From Acholeplasmataceae bacterium (lineage in GTDB: Bacteria; Bacillota_I; Bacilli_A; Acholeplasmatales; Acholeplasmataceae), in contig OY775910.1 in assembly GCA_963675245.1 (NCBI GenBank), forward strand, positions 512,001 through 576,000: 64,000 bases of DNA, given 5' to 3'. A program made the translations under genes and the position numbers. The stretch's first letter is position 1. The number at the start of each line of letters is the position of its first letter. Positions 23,831 to 34,243 of the stretch are shown piece after piece. The notes below the pieces were generated by a model that saw nothing but the letters and a program-made list of their open reading frames with translations, made no database searches and was not told the DNA's origin.

Positions 23831-24370
23831 TTATACTTCTCTAATATCTATAGCGTCTACTTCTGTAGGTGTTGAACGACCGAATACATCGATATTGACA
23901 GTGATCTTTTCCTGATCATTATCAACGAATGTGACTTCGCCTTTCATCCCTTGGAATGCGCCGTTTAGAATTTCAACATGTTTTCCAATAAGGTGATCGT
24001 ATGTTGGTTTTTGCATTACACCAATCTTTAACAAGATTTGGTTGATTTCATCTGGTGCAAGCGGTACAGGTTTTGTCCCACCACCTGATGAACCCAAGAA
24101 CCCTGTAACACGTGGTGTATTTCTGACAACGAACCATGATTCGTCTGTAACCATCATTTCAACAAATACGTAACCAGGGAAAATTTGTTTTACTTTTTCT
24201 TTTTGTTTACCATCCGCTTTTGTTTCTATAATTGTTTCTTCAGGAACAATCACACGGAAGATGTAGTCTGACATGCCCATTGAGTCAACGCGACGTTCCA
24301 AGTCGAGTTTAACGGCATTTTCATAGCCGGAATACGTTTGGATGATATACCAACGTACTTTCGGGGTCAT
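23831..24370 (-). CDS. nusG: Transcription factor NusG
   Basis: WYIIQTYSGYE, FPGYVFV, VRNTPRVTGF, KOW domain. Confidence 0.98.
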   Translation of the reverse strand: MTPKVRWYIIQTYSGYENAVKLDLERRVDSMGMSDYIFRVIVPEETIIETKADGKQKEKVKQIFPGYVFVEMMVTDESWFVVRNTPRVTGFLGSSGGGTKPVPLAPDEINQILLKIGVMQKPTYDHLIGKHVEILNGAFQGMKGEVTFVDNDQEKITVNIDVFGRSTPTEVDAIDIREV

Positions 24371-24789
24371 ATGATATTACCTACTAATAATTGAGTAATC
24401 AGGAAGTCGAATAGTAATAAGAAGCCTGTTAAGATGATTAAGAAAACGACGACACGTGCTGAGTTATCAGCAAACTTCGCCCAACCTGCCCAAGAAATCT
24501 TCTTTAATTCTGGAATTGCTGGTAAAAAGAATGGATAAACAACCAAAACAATCCCAAAGAGTGATATAACGAGTAATACCCATGAGAAAATGAAGAAATT
24601 GGTTCCGCCAATAAGTGGGAAATCTTCACCAGGGGGATTAATCCAAGGAACACCTACTAAGATTGCTACTGCAAGAGCTGCAGAAATAACTGCTAATACA
24701 CCTAGCAGTAAATTTTCCCAACGATATTCTTTTGTTAGGACTTCAATGAGCTTTCCTTTTTGCTCAGTTGATTTTTGTTTAATTGCCAT
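24367..24789 (-). CDS. secE: Preprotein translocase SecE, long three-TM form
   Basis: ELKKISW motif before the last TM; position between rpmG and nusG. Confidence 0.85.
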   Translation of the reverse strand: MAIKQKSTEQKGKLIEVLTKEYRWENLLLGVLAVISAALAVAILVGVPWINPPGEDFPLIGGTNFFIFSWVLLVISLFGIVLVVYPFFLPAIPELKKISWAGWAKFADNSARVVVFLIILTGFLLLFDFLITQLLVGNII

Positions 24790-24801
24790 GGCTATGGCCT
24801 C

Positions 24802-24951
24802 CTATTTACTTTCTTTGTGCACGGTGTGTTCGTTGCATTTAGGACAATATTTTTTCACTTCTAATCGTTTTGTCTGAGTCGCTTTGTTCTTCGTTGTCGT
24901 ATAATTACGACTTAAACATTTCGTACACACCAATATAACTTTTTCACGCAT
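24802..24951 (-). CDS. rpmG: 50S ribosomal protein L33, Zn-binding type
   Basis: Not in the ORF track. Manual translation [49 protein letters not shown]. Confidence 0.97.
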   Translation of the reverse strand: MREKVILVCTKCLSRNYTTTKNKATQTKRLEVKKYCPKCNEHTVHKESK

Positions 24952-25026
24952 TAAAAAACCACCTCTGTGGTCATTTGCAAATGTATTTTAACACTATTAA
25001 ATGACCTAAGTCAACTCTAATCTACA

Positions 25027-25527
25027 TTATAGCATATTTTTATACTTTTCTTTGATACGATATATCGTATTGTATACCTGTTTTTTTGATCTACCAAGTT
25101 CAGTTGCTATCTTGCTGATTGCTCGTTGTTCAATAAAATAGGCTTGATAAACATCTTTTTCAACATCTGAACACATCATCAAAAAACAATCAATTGTTTC
25201 ATCAATATAATACTTGCCTTGTGTAAAAGCAGATTCATCTTTAAGTATGTATTTCGGTAACTTTCTAATTAAATAATAAAAATGTCTTTTCAAGATAAGT
25301 TCGAAGTAACGCATGAATGTTTTATTTCTTGTTTCATTAAATGTTTTTACCGCTTTATAGAGCATTAAAATGCCTTCTTGAAAAAAATCATCATGCTCGT
25401 GATAATCAACATTTAACAAATGGACTTGTTTCCAAATAAATCGATAATATTTTGAATAAAGAAAATCTAATGCGATGTAACACTTTTCAAATTGGATAAG
25501 ATAGATCAGTTCATAATCATTCATCAA
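25027..25527 (-). CDS. SigH-like sigma-70 family factor
   Basis: DDFFQEGILMLYKAVKTF region 2, KQVYNTIYRIK region 4; occupies the sigH position. Confidence 0.85.
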   Translation of the reverse strand: MMNDYELIYLIQFEKCYIALDFLYSKYYRFIWKQVHLLNVDYHEHDDFFQEGILMLYKAVKTFNETRNKTFMRYFELILKRHFYYLIRKLPKYILKDESAFTQGKYYIDETIDCFLMMCSDVEKDVYQAYFIEQRAISKIATELGRSKKQVYNTIYRIKEKYKNML

Positions 25528-26215
25528 GTGTTTGATACATCATTAAAGCTGCTGCTACACTTACGTTTAAGGAATTAATTTTGCCATACATTGGAATTTT
25601 AACTAAATAGTCGCAATTTTGTTTAACGAGTGGACGCATGCCGCTTCCTTCATTTCCCAATATGATCGCTGTTGATTGATCTTTAGGAATGTCGTTATAT
25701 AACTTGTCGGTATTGCCATCCGTACCAATGACCCATATGTTGTGATCTTTAAGTTTCTTAATGGTATTGTTAATATTTGATACTAAGATAATAGGTACAT
25801 GCTCAATCGCTCCAGATGACACTTTCGCAACAGTCGCGTTTAATGGTACTTGATTATTTTTAGACAAAATAATCGCGGTGAGTTTTGTCGCCTCTGCTGT
25901 TCTTAAAATTGCGCCAAGATTATGAGGATCTTCAATACCATCTAAAACCACAAAACGTTTCTTACCTTCTTTTTCTAAATACGGTTCCAGTTCAGCATAC
26001 TGATAATCATCAACATCAGCAACCAACCCTTGATGTGTAGCATTTTTCGACAAATGATTTAGTTTTTCCTTATTAACGCGTGTATAGCGAACATCTTTAT
26101 CCGCTAAAAATTTCAAAAAATACTGATCGTTAAATCGTTCATCTACATATAAAGCATGAAACTTACGATTTGCGAACACAGCTTCTCTGATGACGTTTTT
26201 ACCATAAACAATCAT
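25517..26215 (-). CDS. rlmB: 23S rRNA Gm2251 methyltransferase
   Basis: DPHNLGAILRT, GNEGSG, SLNVSVAA. Confidence 0.95.
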   Translation of the reverse strand: MIVYGKNVIREAVFANRKFHALYVDERFNDQYFLKFLADKDVRYTRVNKEKLNHLSKNATHQGLVADVDDYQYAELEPYLEKEGKKRFVVLDGIEDPHNLGAILRTAEATKLTAIILSKNNQVPLNATVAKVSSGAIEHVPIILVSNINNTIKKLKDHNIWVIGTDGNTDKLYNDIPKDQSTAIILGNEGSGMRPLVKQNCDYLVKIPMYGKINSLNVSVAAALMMYQTLDE

Positions 26216-26303
26216 AATCTATCCCTCCATCAAGAGTATATATTTTTTTATATCATGAAATCCAATATTTTTTTGAACAAAAGAGCGCTGAGCGCTCTTC
26301 TTA

Positions 26304-28931
26304 TTATTGCATATCAGCTAATTTATTAATAACAACCCTAATAAATTCTTTAACCCATCTGACAATATTTGATGTGATATACATGAGTGGATACGTTGCT
26401 TGAATAAGTACAATCATCAATAAGATTTGTGGTGCAGTTAGGCTTTCTGGTGTACCACCAAAGTAATCAAAATAGAAGATTGGTGTCAAATTAAGCATGT
26501 ATGGAATGAGGAATATCGTCATAATGAACGCACCAGCCATCGCGAAGAATAAGATACGTCTGACCTTATTAAATGGCGTTGCAACTCTATATAACACCAT
26601 GAGTGATGTAAATGTAGCAACGATAACCACCAATGTGGTTGTCACATTGTCAGTCATACCTAGACTAGCTTCTAATCCAAAGATAATTAAACTGTTTATT
26701 ACAACGACTATCGCGCCAGGTAATGCAGATTTTAAAATGTTACTTAAGAATTTACCAGTCACTTGTTTATTATTGTGTTCAAGTGCTAAGAAGAAACCTG
26801 GAATACCAATCATAAAGACTTCAATCATTGATAACTGTAATGGACTGATTGGATAATATCCTTGTCTAATAATCGCGATCAAAGCGAGTAAGAAACTAAA
26901 AATTGTTTTTGTTAGAAACAACGTTGATACACGTTGTACGTTATTAATAACACGTCTTCCTTCAGCAACCACTTTAGGCATTGAACTGAAATTTGAATCC
27001 AACAATACTAAGTGTGATACGTTACGTGCTGCTTCAGATCCTGAAGCCATCGCGATGGATGTATCCGCCTCTTTAAGCGCTAAAATATCATTAACACCAT
27101 CACCAGTCATCGCGACTGTCTTACCATTATTTTTTAATGCTTCAATTAAAATTCTCTTTTGTTGTGGAGATACTCGTCCAAAGACCGTATATCTTGAAGC
27201 AATTCTAACAATTTCTTTATCGGTCATCTTTTCAAGAGAAATATACTTATCAGCACCTTCGACGTTTGCACGTTCTGCAATTCGTGAAACAGTGGCTGGA
27301 TTATCCCCTGAAATAACTTTGATATCAACGCCATATTCTCGGAAATAATTAATTGTTTCAACAGCATCAGGTCTAATTGTATCTTCAATCATAATGAGTG
27401 CCATTGGTGTGACTACACCTTTGACTGTTTGTCCTTCAATATCACCTGAAGCATAGGCTACGACTAATACACGATATCCTTCTTTAGATTGTTTTTCAAC
27501 TTCTTGATCAATTTTTGAAAAGCCATCTTTCATAACATATTCAGGTGCACCTAATAAGAACGTACCATAACGATCAAATTGGACGGCACTAAACTTACGA
27601 GCACTAGAAAATGGAATAATTGCTTTATGACGAAAACGTTTGGCTGTACCAAAACGTTCTTTTAAGGCTTGTGAGGTTAAATTATCATCTGATTGTGCGT
27701 TAAGTAACGCCGGAATTAAATTCTTAAGTGGAATCTTAGAGTCATGCTTATATTCAATAATGGATTTAACAGACATCGTACCATCGGTAATCGTTCCTGT
27801 CTTATCCAAACATAACGTGTCAACTCGTGCTAACATTTCAATACAGTAAATTTCTTGAACAAGTGTGTTATTTTGAGCAAGTCTAATAACACCAACTGCA
27901 AGTGCCATAGATGTTAACAAGAAGAGTCCAGAAGGAATCATTCCGATCATCGCACCGGCGGTTTTCTCAACAATATTCGAATATTCAGCCATACCACCTT
28001 GTTGATACATTAAATAGAATAGTACGCCACCAATCGGAATAATAAGTGCGCCACCTACGCGAATAATCATGCGAAGTGAATTTAACAATTCAGATTTTGG
28101 TTTACTATATTTTTTCGCTTGATTCGTTAACTTTTGAATATAAATATCTTTTCCTACTGCTGTTACTTGTGCATGTGCACTACCAGAAATGACATAAGAC
28201 CCTGAATATAACGTATCACCAGCACGTTTAATTATCGCGTCAGATTCACCCGTTAAAAGGGATTCATTGACTTCTATTAAGCCATCTCTTACAACAGCAT
28301 CTGCAGGAATTTGTTTACCTGAAGTTAATCTTAAGATATCGTCAATAACCACATCTGTAATGGCAATCTCAACTTCATCACGGTCTCTAATCACTACCGC
28401 AGTAGGCGCTGATAAGAGTGATAACTGATCAATGGTCTTCTTCGCTCTAATTTCTTGAATAATACCAATCGTGATGTTTAATGAAATAACCGTCATGAAC
28501 GGTACTGCTTGGAAAAATGAGACACCTGAGGCTAACATCCATATTGCAATACCAAACGTTAATATATTGAATAGCGTGAGTAAATTACCGAAAATGATAG
28601 CAGGAATACTCTTCGTTGATCCCATATCTCCAGTATTAGCCATACCAGCCATTTGTCTATATTCAACCTCTTCTGTTGTTAAACCTTTATCAACATCAGG
28701 GTTATATCTTTCAACAACGATATCATCTCTAGATCTTATTTTATCTTTCACATCTAGACCTGTTTCTGGTTCATCATCAAGTGGTACGTGCAAGCCTAAA
28801 GGATCGCCCTTCATTTGGACGAGTTTTTCTTTAACAACAGTCTTAGGCCCTTTTTTCTTTTCTTCAGGTTTGTCTTCTAAAAGACTATCTAGTGACTGTT
28901 TCTTCAGTTGATCATCAACTGTTTTTTCCAT
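26304..28931 (-). CDS. Cation-transporting P-type ATPase (CtpE-like)
   Basis: TGES, DKTGTIT, SGDNP, MTGDGVND, IPSGL. Start moved to MEKTV. Confidence 0.93.
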   Translation of the reverse strand: MEKTVDDQLKKQSLDSLLEDKPEEKKKGPKTVVKEKLVQMKGDPLGLHVPLDDEPETGLDVKDKIRSRDDIVVERYNPDVDKGLTTEEVEYRQMAGMANTGDMGSTKSIPAIIFGNLLTLFNILTFGIAIWMLASGVSFFQAVPFMTVISLNITIGIIQEIRAKKTIDQLSLLSAPTAVVIRDRDEVEIAITDVVIDDILRLTSGKQIPADAVVRDGLIEVNESLLTGESDAIIKRAGDTLYSGSYVISGSAHAQVTAVGKDIYIQKLTNQAKKYSKPKSELLNSLRMIIRVGGALIIPIGGVLFYLMYQQGGMAEYSNIVEKTAGAMIGMIPSGLFLLTSMALAVGVIRLAQNNTLVQEIYCIEMLARVDTLCLDKTGTITDGTMSVKSIIEYKHDSKIPLKNLIPALLNAQSDDNLTSQALKERFGTAKRFRHKAIIPFSSARKFSAVQFDRYGTFLLGAPEYVMKDGFSKIDQEVEKQSKEGYRVLVVAYASGDIEGQTVKGVVTPMALIMIEDTIRPDAVETINYFREYGVDIKVISGDNPATVSRIAERANVEGADKYISLEKMTDKEIVRIASRYTVFGRVSPQQKRILIEALKNNGKTVAMTGDGVNDILALKEADTSIAMASGSEAARNVSHLVLLDSNFSSMPKVVAEGRRVINNVQRVSTLFLTKTIFSFLLALIAIIRQGYYPISPLQLSMIEVFMIGIPGFFLALEHNNKQVTGKFLSNILKSALPGAIVVVINSLIIFGLEASLGMTDNVTTTLVVIVATFTSLMVLYRVATPFNKVRRILFFAMAGAFIMTIFLIPYMLNLTPIFYFDYFGGTPESLTAPQILLMIVLIQATYPLMYITSNIVRWVKEFIRVVINKLADMQ

Positions 28932-28932
28932 A

Positions 28933-29301
28933 TTAAACACCCTCTGTGATGATCTTTATAGCCTGATTCACAATGTCATTTGCACGTTCGAGATTTGATA
29001 AATACAATCCCCCAATTAACGCTTCAAATCCAGTTGCGTAACTATAAGTTTGTCGATCAACGTTTTTTCTACCGCTGCCGCTTGCATTCCTACCACGTTT
29101 GTAGAAATCGAGTTCAGCTTCTGTTAATACTTGATTGTCAATCATTATTTGAATGATTTTCGCTTGTGCTTTACTTGATGTATAAGCAATCGCTTTTTTA
29201 TGTAATTGATTCACGTTGGTGAAATTCTCGTTAATAAGATGTTCACGGACACGATATTCAAAATATGCATCGCCTAAATAGGCTAAAGTTAGTCCATTCA
29301 C
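28933..29301 (-). CDS. mrnC: Mini-ribonuclease III
   Basis: LAYLGDA, KRGRNA, ATGFEALIG; follows cysS. Confidence 0.93.
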   Translation of the reverse strand: MNGLTLAYLGDAYFEYRVREHLINENFTNVNQLHKKAIAYTSSKAQAKIIQIMIDNQVLTEAELDFYKRGRNASGSGRKNVDRQTYSYATGFEALIGGLYLSNLERANDIVNQAIKIITEGV

Positions 29302-29304
29302 ACG

Positions 29305-30618
29305 TTATAACCAACCTTGTTCTGTCAATTTAGAACGCAGTTGATCTGCTAATCTAAAGTTCTTTTCAGATCTCGCAATTTCCCATTCACGGTACATTGC
29401 TAATACATCATCTTGTAATTCAAATCTAGGCATAATACCTAAAATTTCCAATATACGTTTGACCGTATTGTAATACATGCTTATTTCTTTTGGATCAATC
29501 GTCTTATTGATTTGTTTCAATTGGTCATACACTAAAGTCATGACATTTGGTGTGTTAAAATCATTGTCCATGATTTTCATAAACGATTTCATCGTTTGAT
29601 CATCGACCATCTTCGAATTGACACCTTCTAATGATAATGATAGATATGCCTTCTTTAGTGTTCTTTTTATTTTATCATATTCTCGAGAGAATTGAATCAT
29701 CAACTCTTCGGAATACCCAATTGGTTGACGATAATGATGACTGATGATTAAAAGTCTAAATGCGAGTGGATCATAGACGTGTAATAAATCTTTCACCAAC
29801 ACGATGTTTCCTAACGATTTACTCATCTTTTCGCCACTCATGTCAAGTCTGCCGACATGCATCCAATACCGTGCTAAATGATGATGATCATGCGCTTCAG
29901 TTTGTGCAATTTCGTTTTCATGATGTGGAAATTTTAAATCTGAACCACCACCATGAATATCAATTTCACCGTGGAATATTTCTCTATTCATCACTGCACA
30001 CTCTGTATGCCAACCTGGTCTACCATTTCCCCAAGGTGAATCAAAGTTTAAGCCAATGGTTGTTCTTTTCCATAAACTAAAATCTCTTGGATCTTCTTTA
30101 TCTTCATCAAGTTGAACACGAACACCTTGATTTAATTCATCCGCTTTTTGATTTGATAAAATGCCATAATCCTTTACTTTAGACACTCTAAAATAGACGC
30201 CAGTATCCGTTTGATAAGCGTATCCTAAATCAATAAGTTCTTGTATATATTCAACCATTGAAACGACATATTCAGTCGCTTTTGGCATTTGATCTGGTAC
30301 ATTTGAACCGAGCATGATTGTCATATTAACAAATGCTTCTTCATAACGTTTAGAAAGTTCGCTTTCTTTCACATTCATCTCAAATGCTTTGTCTATAATT
30401 TTATCATCAACATCCGTCACATTTGACACGAGCTCAACGTCATAATCACATGCTTTTAAGTAGTTCTTAACGACGTCAAAAAAGATGATCGGTCTCGCAT
30501 TTCCGATATGAATATCACCGTAAACTGTAGGACCGCACACATATATAGAAACCCGATTTTTATGAACCGGAACAAACGCTTCAATTTGGTCAGTTAAAGA
30601 GTTATAAATTTTAAGCAT
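29305..30618 (-). CDS. cysS: Cysteine--tRNA ligase
   Basis: CGPTVY, HIGN, GRPGWHTEC, KMSKS. Confidence 0.98.
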   Translation of the reverse strand: MLKIYNSLTDQIEAFVPVHKNRVSIYVCGPTVYGDIHIGNARPIIFFDVVKNYLKACDYDVELVSNVTDVDDKIIDKAFEMNVKESELSKRYEEAFVNMTIMLGSNVPDQMPKATEYVVSMVEYIQELIDLGYAYQTDTGVYFRVSKVKDYGILSNQKADELNQGVRVQLDEDKEDPRDFSLWKRTTIGLNFDSPWGNGRPGWHTECAVMNREIFHGEIDIHGGGSDLKFPHHENEIAQTEAHDHHHLARYWMHVGRLDMSGEKMSKSLGNIVLVKDLLHVYDPLAFRLLIISHHYRQPIGYSEELMIQFSREYDKIKRTLKKAYLSLSLEGVNSKMVDDQTMKSFMKIMDNDFNTPNVMTLVYDQLKQINKTIDPKEISMYYNTVKRILEILGIMPRFELQDDVLAMYREWEIARSEKNFRLADQLRSKLTEQGWL

Positions 30619-30707
30619 ATCTAACCCTCACCCTTTCACATCCATTATAATTCATTAGCTAGTCTAAAACAAGTAATAGACCGATATTCCACAACTTATA
30701 CTCAATA

Positions 30708-32549
30708 TCAATTCACAATTTTTCTAAGGTTTTCAAGAATTTCAACCATCGCCCACGTGTCTTGTTTACAGTACTCAAGTAAATCATGATAAGACGTCTC
30801 GAACATCTTTTTATTCATATCTGGAAAACGTGCATAAGTCACTAACGCTTCCGTCCCATTACCAACTGCCATACCTTGATAGGTTAAATGACTAAAAATA
30901 GGTAGTACTTTTTTGATTGAAAATGACCCATTAAGCTTATTATCATAAAAGTTAATCATACTCTTTTCATCATTAAATCCTAGCGCTTTAAAGAGTGTTT
31001 TATTGCCTCTTAGAAAGTACATTAAATCTACTAAACGATCCGCCATATGAAGTAATCTTTCACGATACTCTGGAAATATGTCCGCCAGTTCTTTTAATCT
31101 CGTTTTTTCAAATGAAATATTGTACGCCATAATAGAACCACCATCATCTTTAATGACATCAAGCATGCCTTCAACAAGCGCTCTTCTTTCATCGTTATGT
31201 GTGGTCGCGATAAAACTGTAATTATCCTCGTTTTTATCACATACACCCGGCTTACGTTCAATATGAATTGAATATTGAAAAAGCGATTGTGCATATGGTT
31301 TTTCGCCTTTAAAGCGCGGTAATGGACAAGGAAAAGACTCAAAATCTAAATGATAAATTGGGTAAACTAGCGACGCAATCGCCGCTTTTATTTTTTCATA
31401 ATCAAAATAAGGGTTACCAGAATCAATCACGTCGCGTTGTATTTTATTATTATCTCTTGTTAGCCAACTTACAGGGATGTCAGTCGCCTTTACTTTACCT
31501 TCATTAATTAAATCAAACCTGTCATGTTTAACACCTGTTTCATCCGTGAATCCGTTATGTCCACCAAGATAAACAAATAGGCTATTCTTTTCAGGAATAT
31601 CTTTATAACAGATATCATAAAATACACACTGTCTCGTGTCTTTTCTTTGACAATGTTTTCCTAGACTAACAGGACTCGCATCATTTTGATCTAATCGATG
31701 TAAGACAAGTTCAATATCAGATTCAATGACGGGCATGAGTGATTCAGTCAACTTTGTTACATCAATAAAAACAATCGTGTCATCTGGATAAATAGGATTC
31801 CCAAGTGCGTCCACTTTCCCATCATGGACATACTCACTATTTAAAATACTTAAATAATATTTTCGTTTCTTATCTGTTTCAATTGCGTGTTCTAAGACAT
31901 ATCGCTGATATAAGACGTCATATATATATCTGCCTTCACTAGACAACCTATCTTTTAATCTTAAGACCTTTTTGTGATAAGCATCATTGACAGGGTAACC
32001 CAGTTCTTCTTGTAGCATTAAAATACCTTCAGGACTATACCCAAAGATGCATACTTTATTCCCCTCATCATCTTTAAACATCATATCTAAGAATTTTCTT
32101 GATGTCGTCGCTTTGGTTTCAAAGACACGAATGGTATCGTCATCTTCCAAATACCCATCAAGGAAACAATAAAATCTAAAGCCATCACGTTCAAATTCAA
32201 AACGTTTTTGTTTGTATGTATTTAAAGAATAAATCGCATGACCATGAAAGCGACGGTCGGTCGCTTTACCGGTAATGATTTCTATTTGATTGTAATAGGG
32301 TAACATGACATCCATTTGTGGATCATCGTGTTCAAGTAAATCAATATCTTCGTCGTCTTCGCCCTTTTCGACCATTAAATCCAAGAGATCTTTTGTCTTC
32401 TCTTGATTTTCCAAAGACATAATCGCTTCTAAATCATCATCTTCAGAAAAAGAAACGACGGCTTTGTTTTTTTCACGTCTGATTTCATCAAGTGCGCTAA
32501 ATCTATTACAACGTATATAGTTAATAAATCTTGTCTTAGAAATATGCAT
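30708..32549 (-). CDS. DUF2779-domain protein, predicted PD-(D/E)xK nuclease plus DEDD exonuclease
   Basis: LDG...FETKAT, Cys cluster, YHLDFES, YNISFEK, SFSIKKVLP, YCKQDT. Confidence 0.8.
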   Translation of the reverse strand: MHISKTRFINYIRCNRFSALDEIRREKNKAVVSFSEDDDLEAIMSLENQEKTKDLLDLMVEKGEDDEDIDLLEHDDPQMDVMLPYYNQIEIITGKATDRRFHGHAIYSLNTYKQKRFEFERDGFRFYCFLDGYLEDDDTIRVFETKATTSRKFLDMMFKDDEGNKVCIFGYSPEGILMLQEELGYPVNDAYHKKVLRLKDRLSSEGRYIYDVLYQRYVLEHAIETDKKRKYYLSILNSEYVHDGKVDALGNPIYPDDTIVFIDVTKLTESLMPVIESDIELVLHRLDQNDASPVSLGKHCQRKDTRQCVFYDICYKDIPEKNSLFVYLGGHNGFTDETGVKHDRFDLINEGKVKATDIPVSWLTRDNNKIQRDVIDSGNPYFDYEKIKAAIASLVYPIYHLDFESFPCPLPRFKGEKPYAQSLFQYSIHIERKPGVCDKNEDNYSFIATTHNDERRALVEGMLDVIKDDGGSIMAYNISFEKTRLKELADIFPEYRERLLHMADRLVDLMYFLRGNKTLFKALGFNDEKSMINFYDNKLNGSFSIKKVLPIFSHLTYQGMAVGNGTEALVTYARFPDMNKKMFETSYHDLLEYCKQDTWAMVEILENLRKIVN

Positions 32550-32584
32550 TTAAAAGCCCCCTTTGGTTATCTAAATTATAACAC

Positions 32585-32690
32585 AAAAAAAGCGGCATTA
32601 TCTGCCGCTTTGCGTTTAATTTGCAATAAAGTCTGAATACGCATCGTTTGCGAATTCACTTAAAAAATAATCTGTTATATCATTGATAAC
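32585..32690. repeat. Direct repeat, left copy: terminator plus 3' end of the 38189-39805 gene
   Basis: 98/106 nt identical to 38158-38263 by manual alignment. Confidence 0.95.
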
Positions 32691-32727
32691 GGTTAAATTT
32701 AGAGGTTTCCTAATAGCAACCTTATAT

Positions 32728-32758
32728 ATTACTGGAGTCATGTACCTAAGTAGCGCCA
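32728..32758. repeat. 31-bp cassette-boundary motif, copy 1
   Basis: ATTACTGGAGTCATGTACCTAAGTAGCGCCA; 27/31 identical to copy 3. Confidence 0.8.
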
Positions 32759-32855
32759 CAATTTAAAATTCCTATTAATTTATATCATTCTAGCAACTAT
32801 GTATCCGTTTGTCGCATTAATCAAACAATCAAAATCCTAATTTAAATTATACAAA

Positions 32856-33143
32856 CTAATTGTCAATTTGTTTGTATAATATCAACAGGCATGTTTTCAT
32901 AAGATTATAAAAAATCAAATTTTCTATATCTTTAGAAACAAATTCTCCAATTCTTTTTTTGTTTTGGGCATCAATATTATAGTTGTCTAATTCTTGTCTG
33001 CTGATATTTTCTCCTGAGTATGCCCTACTAATAAGACCATAAATCGAATCTACCATTGTAATGTTTTTAACATTATCATAAAAATCATTCGGAGTATTCC
33101 AATTAAGGAATACTCTAAGTATTTGTTTTTCATTTTTATTCAT
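32856..33143 (-). CDS. Putative immunity protein
   Basis: Small ORF starting 6 nt after the stop of a toxin tip. Confidence 0.6.
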   Translation of the reverse strand: MNKNEKQILRVFLNWNTPNDFYDNVKNITMVDSIYGLISRAYSGENISRQELDNYNIDAQNKKRIGEFVSKDIENLIFYNLMKTCLLILYKQIDN

Positions 33144-33149
33144 ATTTTA

Positions 33150-33785
33150 TCACCATATTCCAAATGTAATAACTTTTCCTGCGGATGTAAATAATCCATT
33201 TAAACCATACCCAAAAAATTTAGTGTTTAATGTCCAAGAATGTTGTAATCCCTTATAACTAGATATTAATGAAAGTGCATTAGCATTTTGATTTGCAAAT
33301 CCTACCGCTTTATCTTTATAGCTAATGATATTACCAAAGCCTTTACCATATTTACCATAATGATGTTTCATGGATTGAAAACCTGATTTAAAAGTTCCCT
33401 TATCCCACATGCTGGCAGCTTTGGCTACTTTGAAAGCATTTGATGCAGCCCCAGTAACCCCTCCAATGAATGCTCCTGTCATAAAGCCATCAGCAAAACC
33501 GCTATAGAAACCTTCCCAACTGCCAGAACTTATACCACCAATGGTTCCTGATATTAATCCACCAGATATTGCACCAATTGCAGCACCTTTTAATGCACCA
33601 GATAGTATAAAGCCTGCAACTCCCCCAGCAGCTCCACCCGTTGCTACGGTAGCTATTGCAAGTGCAACAATAATCACTACACCAGCTACTATCTTTGCTT
33701 CATTACTCCAACTAAATGGATTCCACCACGCTTGTCCGGTGCTATCTATGTACATCACTGGAGTAATGTAGTCAGACATAACCAC
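33150..33785 (-). CDS. Orphan RHS C-terminal toxin module, probable RNase-type tip
   Basis: Begins TPVMYIDSTG (RHS core end), Gly/Ala hydrophobic linker, WDKGTF...HHYGKYG...GKVITF tip. Confidence 0.75.
   Translation of the reverse strand: MVMSDYITPVMYIDSTGQAWWNPFSWSNEAKIVAGVVIIVALAIATVATGGAAGGVAGFILSGALKGAAIGAISGGLISGTIGGISSGSWEGFYSGFADGFMTGAFIGGVTGAASNAFKVAKAASMWDKGTFKSGFQSMKHHYGKYGKGFGNIISYKDKAVGFANQNANALSLISSYKGLQHSWTLNTKFFGYGLNGLFTSAGKVITFGIW
33754..33784. repeat. 31-bp cassette-boundary motif, copy 2
   Basis: ATCACTGGAGTAATGTAGTCAGACATAACCA; 20/31 identical to copy 1, ungapped. Confidence 0.65.
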
Positions 33786-33814
33786 TGTAATAGATGGACG
33801 TGATTAGCAAATAT

Positions 33815-34240
33815 TTATGAAATTTTCTTATTTATTTCGTAATCCATGAATTTGTTTAAAGCTATTTTGGGTTCTTCTATTAACTCTAAGAAGAATCTTT
33901 TATCTTCAATCATCCATTAAGGCGCATATACATTCTTATATTTGATTGGTTGAAAATAACATACTCCACCACCACAAATTTGATAACCACCTTTGTATTT
34001 CTTTTCAAATACCCAATTCTCGTCAATTTCATCATCAATAATATTGAATTCATCACCTAATTGATAAAAACCTAATGTTGTTATTTGTTTTAAATAAATA
34101 AGTATGTATTTTTTTCGATGTGATTGCATAATTGCATAAACGTTAAATTCTTGAGAATAATTAAAATCAAGTCCAAAATAAATTGCATTATTCTCTTGAA
34201 ATTTATACATATCAACGATTCTTACTTTCATACGTTTCAT
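33815..34240 (-). pseudogene. Putative immunity gene with an internal stop
   Basis: The ORF stops at TAA 33917-33919 but the frame continues WMIEDKRFFLELIEEPKIALNKFMDYEINKKIS to TAA 33815. Confidence 0.65.
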
Positions 34241-34243
34241 CTC

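Noticed and set aside
24969..25006. Inverted repeat GGTCATTT-N22-AAATGACC upstream of rpmG
   Set aside because: Long spacer, no U-tract and no supporting copy; cannot be distinguished from chance.
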